From the IMG/VR virus record IMGVR_UViG_3300032102_000021, positions 1 to 60,950 of that record: a stretch of 60,950 nucleotides of DNA. One strand, written 5' to 3'. The stretch is from a virus (taxonomy: Duplodnaviria > Caudoviricetes). Within the stretch, counting starts at the first letter, position 1; every line of letters starts with the position of its first letter. Both the position numbers and the translations under genes were made by a program. Below the pieces are notes generated by a model. The model worked only from the letters and a program-made list of their open reading frames with translations. It searched no databases and was not told where the DNA came from. Of this stretch, positions 26,639-35,854 are shown piece after piece.

Positions 26639-28291
26639 ATGGCCAAGAAAAAACCAAAATACGGCGACGCAGCATTTATGGAGTATGCGCAAAAAATAGT
26701 CGACCACCCAAATTATGCTGACATGCCCGACACGATTGGCGAGCGCGGCGAAATTCAGTGGGAAGCACCATCAAATCGAAAATCTGGAAAATTCAAGGAC
26801 ACTCATCACAAACGGCGCGAGTGGTGGCGGCTAAAAGCACTTTCGATAGGAATTGATCCGAATACTGATAGCACGTGGATTAGCAAAACTGCAAAAGCAA
26901 TTCACCCTTTCGGGGTGAAGCCCTGTAAGACTTGCGGAAAAGAGCTTCAGATCGCGTACGCATATCCAAATGAGCACCTATTTGCCAGGATTCGCAAGCT
27001 ACCCTACATAAATGACACGTTTGAGCTATCTGAAGTGGAGCACGTCTGTGATCTCTTGGCGCGTCTAGATGAGCGCTTTGGGTCAAAATTGTATGAAGAT
27101 CTTCCAAAGCTCTTCGCAACAACATCTATTAGCATCCCACCTCTGGCAAAGACGTTTGATGCTTGGGAGCAATTTTTACGGGAAACGTACATCCCACAAG
27201 AGCCACGAATGCTCAGCCCTGGTGCGATGTCAAACCCTCCTGACCGGCTCGACGGATTCCACTCATTTAACCGCTGCTGTCGAGCTACAGCTGATACAGG
27301 CCGGTCCAAGGAAAATTTAAAGTCGTATGTAACTGATCGGCGGGTTTTTGAATATTGGGTGGATGGGGATTGGGTTGCTGCAGATCGCCTGATGGGTCAA
27401 GTGAGATCCAACCCAGTTTTCGAGCAAGAAAATTGCTTTAATGCGGTGCAAGGCGGCGTTCATCCCAAGCCATGCCAAGCTGATCACATCGGTCCGATAT
27501 CACTCGGATTCACGCATCGCCCACAATTTCAACTTCTGTGCAAAACCTGCAACAGCGGAAAAAACAATCGCATGTACGCCAGTGATGTGAGATTGCTGAT
27601 TGGCGTCGAGGCGGCTGGGGAGAGTGTCATCTCGTGGTTTGCCAAAGAGATTTGGAATCGCCGAAAGAATTCAGTTGGCGATGCTGAAACGGCGCTTCGC
27701 CTCAGCAAACTGCTTCGGGACAACCGCCATACATATATGTCCCTCCTGAAAGCACTTTTGGATCGTGGTTATTACACATTCCTCGCTAGCCTTTTGCATC
27801 TGGAAGCAGCGGATTTCGACCCTGAATTCGTTGGATTAAGTGCTATTAATCACCTCACACACTTTAATTCCATAACAAGAAATCCACGAACCACAAAGTA
27901 CGCGACCGAACAGAAAGCTAGGCGGATTCGAATCGCATTCACATCTCTGATCGACTACCACAGAAAGGAGAATCGAAGCGCGTTTGTCATCTCAAGCGAA
28001 TGCTCCGACGCGGAGTTCTCGGCAGGTTTTGCAGAGCTAGAGAGGCTGAAATCCCTAACAAAGGATCTCGATAAAAAAATTGCCGAAATCGTGGGTGAGT
28101 CCAAGGTGTCCGAGGCGGATCTTCGGGCGTTGGCAAATTCACTCCCCGATATTCTTTCAGCTAACGATGCTGCATTTGCGGTGGTTCGAGAACATTTCGC
28201 ACAAGGTATGCATGAGGTTGGCAAGGAACTAGACAGCATGTGGGGAGCCGACCGTTATGTGCGGTCGGCTCCTGGCGAAGTTATCGAGTGA
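26639..28291 (+). CDS. Type IIS restriction endonuclease, Alw26I/Eco31I/Esp3I family (HNH)
   Basis: HPNY..MP, CKTCG, LSPGAMSNPPDRLDGFHSFNRCCR, DHIGPISLGF...CKTCNSGKNNR; convergent with MTase. Confidence 0.9.
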   Translation: MAKKKPKYGDAAFMEYAQKIVDHPNYADMPDTIGERGEIQWEAPSNRKSGKFKDTHHKRREWWRLKALSIGIDPNTDSTWISKTAKAIHPFGVKPCKTCGKELQIAYAYPNEHLFARIRKLPYINDTFELSEVEHVCDLLARLDERFGSKLYEDLPKLFATTSISIPPLAKTFDAWEQFLRETYIPQEPRMLSPGAMSNPPDRLDGFHSFNRCCRATADTGRSKENLKSYVTDRRVFEYWVDGDWVAADRLMGQVRSNPVFEQENCFNAVQGGVHPKPCQADHIGPISLGFTHRPQFQLLCKTCNSGKNNRMYASDVRLLIGVEAAGESVISWFAKEIWNRRKNSVGDAETALRLSKLLRDNRHTYMSLLKALLDRGYYTFLASLLHLEAADFDPEFVGLSAINHLTHFNSITRNPRTTKYATEQKARRIRIAFTSLIDYHRKENRSAFVISSECSDAEFSAGFAELERLKSLTKDLDKKIAEIVGESKVSEADLRALANSLPDILSANDAAFAVVREHFAQGMHEVGKELDSMWGADRYVRSAPGEVIE

Positions 28292-31145
28292 CCTTCTCCA
28301 AATATTGCGCGGCTGAAATTTCGCTGCGCATTAGTGCCTGATATGTCGTGGTGGACTCGTGGCGATAACCAAGGTCACCGCCATCCTGTCCGGGCTGAAG
28401 GGCGGGCAGATCGTCTAGCGCCTCCTTTACCGACGGCGGTTGCGGCAAATCGCAAATCAAGTCTCTTGCAGACAGAGTCGAAATCATTGGGGGGGGAGAC
28501 TCTGGAACTTTTCCGGTGTTGTCGCCAACGATGATCACTCTGCTGCGCCGCTGTGGAATTGCATAGTTTTCGGAGTGCAGTTTCCACACAATAAGTCTCT
28601 TCGCGTGCTTCGACAATTCGTCTTTAACCATTTCGAAGACCCGCCCGCCCTCCATGTTGAGTATGCCTGTGACGTTTTCAAAGACAAAAATATCGGGCTT
28701 AAGTGCTGCAAGCAGCCCGCAGTAATCTCTAAAGAGCCAGTTTCTCTCGTCCTCCATAGAGCGTTTGTTGCCTGCGGTCGAAAATCCTTGACATGGCGGA
28801 CCTCCAAGAACACAAAGAGGCAAATCTTTATTTCTTGCCCCCTTTGCCTCCTTCAGAATCTGTTTTTTAACGCTGTCATCTGTGATGTCCCCAACTACAA
28901 TGTTCGAGTGAACATTCGTTCGATAAGTTTCGGCAAAACTCGCCTCTAACTCATTTCCGACAAGCGTTTTCCATCCTGCCCATCCAAACCCTAAGCCGAG
29001 TCCGCCAGCACCAGCAAAAAGATCTACGGCTTGTCCAACGATGTTCAAATGCCGAGCGACCTGAAATGCCAGCAAGGGAGGGACGGCATTTCCAATTTGC
29101 GTAGTGACCGAACCTTTGTTGCCTTTGAATATAAAGTTGTCAGGAAAGGATTGCAGTCGAGCGGCCTCCCTATGAGAAAGGGTTCTATGCTGCTCGTTGC
29201 TGTAATCGTAGTGAATATGGCACCCATTTCCAGGCCTGGTGAAGTAGGTGTTGATCGTGTACGAAGGCCTATCCGGGTGCAATCGTCCGTAGTATGTTGA
29301 TCGGCTTCCTTCTCCTTTGGCGAAGCTGATTCTGATGTTCTTTATTCGCTCGGAAGGAATGTCCTCAGGGATATCTTTCCAGTTCCCTCCAGGTGGAACG
29401 GAACGACAGATGCGCAAATCAAGCTCGCTAAGTGTCGCGGCGTAATGGTTTTCAATGCGTATCGCTTCTTTTTTTGATTTCTGCTCGCGAACTGCCATTG
29501 TTCTTTTAATCTCCGAAACGTCATTGGGGGAGTGTCCTTCGAGCATTGTCAATAAGTCCAAATAGACGTCATCGGGCAATCCATACCAGCTCGCCACCTC
29601 AACATCTATCTGGGCGGAATACGACTCCGAGGGTTCTCGTAGCTGTTTCTCGACCAGTTTTGATACCCGTTCTACATGCGTTCTGGATGATAGATCTGGC
29701 ACCCTTATCCGTCGGATTGCGCCTACTGATAAGTGATTTGTGCTGATTGATGCCCGCACTTGCGCTTCAAATATGACTGAGTTAAATATGCCAAGTACAG
29801 CAAGCAAAGTTTCATAGGGCATTCGCTTTGGTATAAGGACATTGAGTGAGTTCCCTGTCACTACACCAGGTGGAATGATTGTCGCTATTACTCGACGAGC
29901 TGAGCTTTGTCTTGCAACGTCTCTCCAAACTAGGCGATACAAATCGGAAGATGATGGAGGTGTGATCGTTCCTTTCAAAAATGCCGCTTCGCCACCGACC
30001 GGAGAGTAGCGAGTGATCTGCCTGCCTTTAGCAAATCGATGATTGCCTGTATCTGATAGCTTGCTCGCAATCCCTGTTTCGTCTAGCTCCCGCCCTAATT
30101 TGAAAAGGATATCCGCTCCGGTTTCGTAGTCACCTAGCCTTGGCAGATCGGCGAGAAAAGGCATCGCTCTTGCGATTTCTGGAGAGCTACTAAACCCAAT
30201 CGCATAGTGATTTTCTTCTAGAGAAGAAATCGATATTTCCAAGATGGGTGGCTGCGCATCCTGCTCTTTCTCAAAGTGCTGTATCACCTCGAGTGACCTT
30301 TTATCTTGTTGCCCTATGTTCCTGTGGCCAACAAAATATACTGCCGACTGGTCGACTCCTTCAAAAAGCCTTGCTTCTGCAGGATAGTGATGAACTGTAT
30401 CTACGGTATTTTTTGAAAATAACCAAGAACGCAAAGGCGCAGAAATTTGATCGCCGAGAATAGTGGCGGGCGCAACAATGGCAAAGTATCCTCCTGGCAC
30501 AATCAATTGCACAGAAGCTTCGATGCCGCAACGAGCCAAGTTGGCGCCCCAACCAGAAAACTTCCTAGTTGGCTTTGAATATGGATAAGCCTTTTCGAGT
30601 TGAAATACCTTTTCTTTCAAGAGTGAAACGTATGCGTCTTTGTCTTCTTGCTCAAGCTCGGCTAGCTCCCTGCTATCGGGCTTGATCGTTTCCCAGGGTG
30701 GGTTTGTTACACAGATATCAAAGGACTGCTGATTTTTTAACGCATGTTCGAATGAATCAATTGTTTGTGCGTCTACCTGCGCGACAGAGATATCAAGATT
30801 TTCAATTTTCTGTGAGATTGCTTTTTGGGCGGTTTTGATCGCCGATTGGTCGCAATCCCAGGCGGCGATTTGAAGAGATTTCGACGGAATTTTTCCTTGT
30901 TCGTACAGAGCGTCAATGAGCCAGCACAGCAGTCTTCCATCACCACAAAACGGGTCGATAATCTTTAGGCTTTCAGAAATCTCAAGGCGCTTGGTGACAT
31001 CAATCGCCATTGCTTTCCCAATCCTGGAATGCGTATAGAACCTGCCGGTTAATCGCTGCTCCAGGCTTTTTCCAACTTTGTATGTAGTTTCCACTCCCGA
31101 TGTGGCTTCAAGGAGCTGATTTAAATTCGAAGCAAACATTTTCAT
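28281..31145 (-). CDS. Fused m6A + circularly permuted m5C DNA methyltransferase (M.Alw26I/M.Esp3I type)
   Basis: GRFYT, DPFCGDG, NPPW; then REAARLQSFP and QIGNAV (motifs IX-X) before DLFAGAGG (I), GPPCQGFS (IV), ENV (VI), QRRSR (VIII). Confidence 0.93.
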   Translation of the reverse strand: MKMFASNLNQLLEATSGVETTYKVGKSLEQRLTGRFYTHSRIGKAMAIDVTKRLEISESLKIIDPFCGDGRLLCWLIDALYEQGKIPSKSLQIAAWDCDQSAIKTAQKAISQKIENLDISVAQVDAQTIDSFEHALKNQQSFDICVTNPPWETIKPDSRELAELEQEDKDAYVSLLKEKVFQLEKAYPYSKPTRKFSGWGANLARCGIEASVQLIVPGGYFAIVAPATILGDQISAPLRSWLFSKNTVDTVHHYPAEARLFEGVDQSAVYFVGHRNIGQQDKRSLEVIQHFEKEQDAQPPILEISISSLEENHYAIGFSSSPEIARAMPFLADLPRLGDYETGADILFKLGRELDETGIASKLSDTGNHRFAKGRQITRYSPVGGEAAFLKGTITPPSSSDLYRLVWRDVARQSSARRVIATIIPPGVVTGNSLNVLIPKRMPYETLLAVLGIFNSVIFEAQVRASISTNHLSVGAIRRIRVPDLSSRTHVERVSKLVEKQLREPSESYSAQIDVEVASWYGLPDDVYLDLLTMLEGHSPNDVSEIKRTMAVREQKSKKEAIRIENHYAATLSELDLRICRSVPPGGNWKDIPEDIPSERIKNIRISFAKGEGSRSTYYGRLHPDRPSYTINTYFTRPGNGCHIHYDYSNEQHRTLSHREAARLQSFPDNFIFKGNKGSVTTQIGNAVPPLLAFQVARHLNIVGQAVDLFAGAGGLGLGFGWAGWKTLVGNELEASFAETYRTNVHSNIVVGDITDDSVKKQILKEAKGARNKDLPLCVLGGPPCQGFSTAGNKRSMEDERNWLFRDYCGLLAALKPDIFVFENVTGILNMEGGRVFEMVKDELSKHAKRLIVWKLHSENYAIPQRRSRVIIVGDNTGKVPESPPPMISTLSARDLICDLPQPPSVKEALDDLPALQPGQDGGDLGYRHESTTTYQALMRSEISAAQYLEKVTR

Positions 31146-31147
31146 GC

Positions 31148-31354
31148 CTACAGAGTGTTCGTCGTCTGACCAGCCGACTTGACGTCGGAAGTCAAATCTA
31201 GAGGCATTTGTGCCGTGGTTTTCATGTAGTTTTGCGCTTCACGCAAGAACCAGTCCTTCAGGGTCATACCCTCCCGTGCAAGGGTTGAGTAGAGCTGTCT
31301 TTTGACCTCTGGCTCAACCTCGATGACGATCCTGCCGCTGCTGCCGATGCTCAT
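31148..31354 (-). CDS. Ribbon-helix-helix regulator heading the MTase operon
   Basis: RIVIEV strand followed by two helices with G.TLKDWF; 2 nt from MTase start. Confidence 0.7.
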   Translation of the reverse strand: MSIGSSGRIVIEVEPEVKRQLYSTLAREGMTLKDWFLREAQNYMKTTAQMPLDLTSDVKSAGQTTNTL

Positions 31355-31369
31355 ATGGAACTCGTGACA

Positions 31370-31397
31370 ATGTAATGTGATGGATGTTACATTACAT
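31370..31397. promoter_or_regulatory. Palindromic operator ATGTAATGT-N10-ACATTACAT
   Basis: Perfect 9-bp inverted repeat 15 nt upstream of the RHH start. Confidence 0.7.
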
Positions 31398-31516
31398 CAA
31401 GGGGAGGCGAAAGCCAAGGCCAATCTTGGCTGTTGCTGCCGATGGAGCGTGGCAACCAACGCTTGGGAAGTGCATAGGTCAGCGCTTTCTATCCATGAAC
31501 TTCAATTGAGGATGCT

Positions 31517-32542
31517 ATGGCCCGCTATTCAGAACACGACACAACCAAGATCTACCAAGCGGCTGATGCATTCCGGACCAACTGCCTCCTGAGCGACGGC
31601 TCGCTGCTGTTCGCCGACGCTTCCGTTTGGCGGCCTGACGTTCTTGATCGCATCCACAAGGCCTTCGTTGCCACTCCAGACGAAGGCGATCGCACGTTCA
31701 TCGACAAGTTCAGAGACCAGGTGGGCAAGGCAGGACAGGACGTTTCTCGCCTTGCAGCAGAGATCTTGTGCGTGTACTTCCTGTTCCCCTCCAGTGTTGG
31801 AGGAGTACGCAAGCGGCAGGTTGTGAACGAGGTCCTCGGCTGGGGCGGTGACAGCCTGCCGGAATCACACCCTGTGTCAGCAGCCTTCGCCAACGGGATC
31901 GGCAGTGGCGGCCAGGGCTACAACACCCGTCGTCCTTTCGAGATCGCCTTTCTGATCGAGTTCGCTATCGCATGGAAGAAGTTACCGCAGGATCAGCAGA
32001 CACACGTGGCCGCCGATCCGTGGCTTTTTCAAGAGCTCGTGGACAGCATTGTGGATGCCGAGTCGAAGCAGCTTCGGCACATGCTTCTTCACCTACTGTT
32101 CCCCGAACACTTTGAGCGCATAGCCAGTGGCAATCACAAGCGCAGAGTCATTAAGGCTTTCTCGGGGCTGGTTACAGCCGAATCAGAGGATGATGACCGG
32201 GCGATCTTGGCCATTCGCCGGGAGCTCGAAAAGCTGCTACCAAAACTGGAACTGGACTTTTACTGGTCGCCGTTGGTCGAGGCTTGGTACGATGACAGCG
32301 AAGGCGCATCTGAAGGCGCGCCACTGGAAATCATCCAGCACAAGAAGCAGATCGTCCTCTATCCCTTCGACCCATCCAAACCTGATACGCCACATGCCGA
32401 GCAGAATAGTCCCTGGAATTTGGAAAGCGGGAAAAGGATGGCGTTTGCCACCCTACCGCACGATCCGGACGATGCTGTGAAGAAATTAAATAATTTGATC
32501 TCAAGGCTGACTGCAGATGCCAGTCTCTATGCAAGCGCGTGA
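31517..32542 (+). pseudogene. mcrB: McrB-like N-terminal region lacking the GTPase domain, probably fused to an McrC-like tail by deletion
   Basis: LLHLLFPEHFERI and HKKQIVLY are typical of McrB-family proteins, but the expected GPPGTGKT Walker A does not follow. Confidence 0.6.
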
Positions 32543-32550
32543 GTTGAATA

Positions 32551-32796
32551 ATGACGAAATCGATCTTTTACTCTTGGCAAAGCGATTCCCCTTCGACGAC
32601 GAATAGATTTTTCTTGAGAGACTGCATCAAAGATGCGATTAAGAAACTCAATGGCGATGAGCTGGCTTCACGGAGTTTTTTTGACATGATCCGATGCTGC
32701 TCCTTGAGTAACACTCGTACCTACTCGGCCGTTGTTTGGGCGGAGAACATCGAATTTGCCTGGACCAGGGCATCTGGAGAAACTGAACGGGCTTGA
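32551..32796 (+). pseudogene. Truncated TIR-like/nucleotide-binding domain gene (YSWQSD family)
   Basis: IFYSWQSD...NR.F...I..AIKKL start; similarity lost after about 40 aa; ORF runs into the convergent gene. Confidence 0.6.
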
Positions 32797-34979
32797 TCCA
32801 GCGCCAGCGCTCGTGCCTCTGCCGTAAGTTGCATGCTAGCTCGATTGGAATCGTGAAGCCACAGCACGTAACAGGCCCAGGCTTTCAACGGCCCACCAAT
32901 TAAATTTGCAACTTCCGCAATCAGTTTGCACAGCCCCTCGTCTAGTGAGAGGTCGGTGACTGCACGTATGGTTTGCCTGAACCCTTGGCCTTTTGTTGCA
33001 GCCTTATTGAATGTCGCGATGATCTCTGCAGGCGCTGCGTTGACGATTTTGCGCAAGAAAGCAGGGATTTCAACGTCATCCATATTCCCGAAGCCAAGCG
33101 CATCAATCTGCATCGATCTTGAGCCCTGCTTGGAACGCCAAACAGAGGGCAAGGAAAAACTCTCGGCCACAAAAGGCGTACTCTCCGAAGCCATGCGGAA
33201 CATGACCGGTCCTGAATTGCTGCGGCGGCTAAATCGAACCTGGGACGCATCCATAACGACTGTGCTCGAACCACCCCAACCTGCAGCTAGCATTGGTCGC
33301 ACCTGATGAAGCGCCGGCATGCCGTCTGTTTTTTCAGTCTCTGCGCGCTCAATCACAAGTAACAGGTTGGTTTCGTCTGTCACCAACTGGTAGCGCTCGG
33401 CCATCTGCGCGCCAACGCTGCGGTCTGCTGTCAATCCGATCTCGCGGGCCGCGACAATCCGAGCGATCAGGTCATCTTCCCGAACTGTAAGCTCGGCCCC
33501 GATGGCGTCCAGACCGGCAATGTCGAGGAGAGGTGAACGCTCGGGGAGCACGGGCAGACGCATGAACAGGTGAATTGTTTCACCAGAGGCTAGGCGGCGT
33601 GGCATGGGACTGCACCACAGGGGGGTAGTGGGGGATTCCATTCGGGCTTGCACCGGCAGTGCAAGGCGAATCCGCCCCAGCAGCCGCTGTATTGCCGCGG
33701 TCATGCTTTCACGTGGTGTAGCGAATTCGCAGGCGCCACCGGTGGCTTCGGCCATTTCCCGCAGTAGGCTTTCGGCCGGTGCACTGCCTACTCCTAAGGC
33801 ATAGATCCGGTGGCCGCTGCGCCTAGCGTCGTCGACTATGCGCTGTGCATCCCAGACCTCGCCGTCGGTGATCAGCAGGACATCGGCCTCATCGGCATGG
33901 TGCGCGGTGCCCATGTGCAGCGAGAAGGTGTCCTGCAGGGCGCTAGCCATCTCCGTGCCGCCTAGGTCCGCTTCGGTGGTGTTGATGGCATCGAGCAGCC
34001 GCTTGATGTTGGCGGGCGTTCCGTCCATCACACCCAGGACACGCTGGGTCTGTGAGCCAAAACGACTGAGCGAAACCTGGTCCTCTGGCTTGAGCAGACT
34101 GGCCAAGGGCCGCAACGCTTCGCGTGCCTGGTTGATGCTGTTGCCGGCCATCGAGCCCGAGCAGTCCACCAGCATCTTCAGGCGCAGGGCTGAAGGCTTC
34201 TGCTGCGGAACCTCCGGACAGTAGCTGGCCACAAGCGCCGCATGCCCCTCACCACTTCGGGGGTCATTACTGGCAATGGCGAACGAACGTCCTTCCAGCC
34301 CCTCGAGCAGCAGCACGAAATCCCGGTCGAGCCACGCTGTGCCTTGCAGTTCGACGGTGACGCCAGCTTCGCTGCGCTGCTGCGTAATGGTATGGGTTGG
34401 GCTGCCAATGCGGGCTTGCCCGACGGCACCCCACAGTGTCACCGAGAGCCCGAAACGGTGCTCGGCCGCCAAGCTGGGCGTGGCCGCCTGGTCGGGCGAG
34501 AGTTTGCCCTGTGTAAGCGCATCTCCGTAGCGAGGTGCAATCGTCGTAGGGACCACCAGGCGGATACGACCTTGTTCGAAGGAGAGCAGTTGCGCGTAGC
34601 GAAGTTCGATGGTGGCCTCTTCCCCGGGCTTGAGGCTGCCCAGCGTGGCGATGAACAGATTGCCCTCGGACTTTTCCACCATGACCGGGGCATCACCTTT
34701 CTCTACCGCCTCTTCATAACGCTCGCGGGCCTCCTGGCGCGCTATCACCTGTCCCGTCATGCGCTTGCCACCCAGCGTGGCCTCTAGGCCCAGTAGCACC
34801 GATCCCCAGGCCAACGGAAAGGTGTAGACCACTTCCATGTTGTCGTCTGAGCTGTTGCTAAACGACTGGCGCAGCGTCATCGACAACAACAGGCCTTCGA
34901 GCTTGCCGTGGGCGCTGACCGATTTCAGGACCGGCTCTTCAGAGCCCAGGGACGTCAGGGATGGGTACTCATTCTTCAT
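32721..34979 (-). CDS. VIT + vWA domain protein (VWA5A/PARP4-like architecture)
   Basis: EVVYTFPL and A.ERYEEA (VIT), LDRDFVL, VDCSGSM MIDAS, GGTE, LITDGEV, A.ATGG; start MKNEY with AGGA SD. Confidence 0.92.
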   Translation of the reverse strand: MKNEYPSLTSLGSEEPVLKSVSAHGKLEGLLLSMTLRQSFSNSSDDNMEVVYTFPLAWGSVLLGLEATLGGKRMTGQVIARQEARERYEEAVEKGDAPVMVEKSEGNLFIATLGSLKPGEEATIELRYAQLLSFEQGRIRLVVPTTIAPRYGDALTQGKLSPDQAATPSLAAEHRFGLSVTLWGAVGQARIGSPTHTITQQRSEAGVTVELQGTAWLDRDFVLLLEGLEGRSFAIASNDPRSGEGHAALVASYCPEVPQQKPSALRLKMLVDCSGSMAGNSINQAREALRPLASLLKPEDQVSLSRFGSQTQRVLGVMDGTPANIKRLLDAINTTEADLGGTEMASALQDTFSLHMGTAHHADEADVLLITDGEVWDAQRIVDDARRSGHRIYALGVGSAPAESLLREMAEATGGACEFATPRESMTAAIQRLLGRIRLALPVQARMESPTTPLWCSPMPRRLASGETIHLFMRLPVLPERSPLLDIAGLDAIGAELTVREDDLIARIVAAREIGLTADRSVGAQMAERYQLVTDETNLLLVIERAETEKTDGMPALHQVRPMLAAGWGGSSTVVMDASQVRFSRRSNSGPVMFRMASESTPFVAESFSLPSVWRSKQGSRSMQIDALGFGNMDDVEIPAFLRKIVNAAPAEIIATFNKAATKGQGFRQTIRAVTDLSLDEGLCKLIAEVANLIGGPLKAWACYVLWLHDSNRASMQLTAEARALALDQARSVSPDALVQANSMFSAQTTAE

Positions 34980-35382
34980 GGTCTTCCTTCGTGATGCGGT
35001 TCCAGGCAGCCAGAACCTCTTTGGCCAATGCCCGCACTTGCTCGGGTGTGGCTTGCGCTTGCTCGGGGGACACCTGGACCTCGATGCCGGGTGCGATCTG
35101 GATATGGCTTTTGACTTCAACGGCGCCGAACGCCTGCGGCCGCGTGGGCACTGCCGGTGGTTCACCTGACAACACATCGCGGACACGCTCCAGTGAGATG
35201 CCAGCATCAGTGAGCTGCTTGATCCGCAGCAGTGCATCCAGGTGGGTATTCAGGTACCGAGCGCCTCGGTTTTCGCCTTGTGGCCGGGGAAGCAGGCCGA
35301 GCTGTATGTAGTAGCGCACCGTTCGCTTGGGCACTGCCGCCAGTGTGCAGAGCTCGTCGAGGGAGAAGGTTTGAGGTGACAT
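34969..35382 (-). CDS. MerR-family HTH regulator
   Basis: FSLDELC...VPKRTVRYYIQLGLLPRP...ARY...L.RIKQL...G.SLE. Confidence 0.9.
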   Translation of the reverse strand: MSPQTFSLDELCTLAAVPKRTVRYYIQLGLLPRPQGENRGARYLNTHLDALLRIKQLTDAGISLERVRDVLSGEPPAVPTRPQAFGAVEVKSHIQIAPGIEVQVSPEQAQATPEQVRALAKEVLAAWNRITKEDHEE

Positions 35383-35444
35383 GCTTGCAATGTAACACCA
35401 TTACTGTTAAATTAAACTGTCACATAAAAATAGAATCCCGACAG

Positions 35445-35507
35445 AATCGATCAGTTACTCCATCCCTTCGGGATAAGGCACTCCCGAAACGGGAGGTTTG
35501 ACGGATT
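35445..35507 (+). ncRNA. Candidate structured leader RNA 1
   Basis: Closing helix plus two hairpins just downstream of a TAGAAT -10 box (35431-35436); folded by eye. Confidence 0.3.
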
Positions 35508-35596
35508 GAGGTAGTTCGTGGTTTGCTGAAAAAGGACAAGGGCTTGATGGACAGGCCTGACTCCATTGAGTGCCACCAAGCCGAAAAGGAGAAAAG

Positions 35597-35842
35597 ATGA
35601 CTACCACCCGCCGCCTTACCGTGGATGCCGTAATGAAGATGGCAACCGCCGCCGCACAGAAACATGTCGACGCCTCGCCCGGTGATCGGAAGGCCAATGC
35701 CGATCTGAGCGCTGCAATCGCAGCCACCTGGGAGTTGGTGAAGGGTCGGCTTGGCTCGTCGGAGTCAGCCGCTTTGGACGGACTGATCACCAAACTCGTA
35801 GGCCGTCCAAATCAGGCCGGGCCTGAAAGCACCTCGAACTGA
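35597..35842 (+). CDS. Hypothetical protein
   Basis: AAGGAG SD, 81 aa, helical. Confidence 0.6.
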   Translation: MTTTRRLTVDAVMKMATAAAQKHVDASPGDRKANADLSAAIAATWELVKGRLGSSESAALDGLITKLVGRPNQAGPESTSN

Positions 35843-35854
35843 AAGTGCAGTGCT

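Noticed and set aside
34980-35237. 838-aa version of the VIT-vWA protein
   Set aside because: The extension overlaps merR out of frame; MKNEY at 34979 has an SD and is coupled to the merR stop
35440-35510. Hammerhead ribozyme (CTGATCGA on the minus strand)
   Set aside because: No correctly placed stem II and GAAA core
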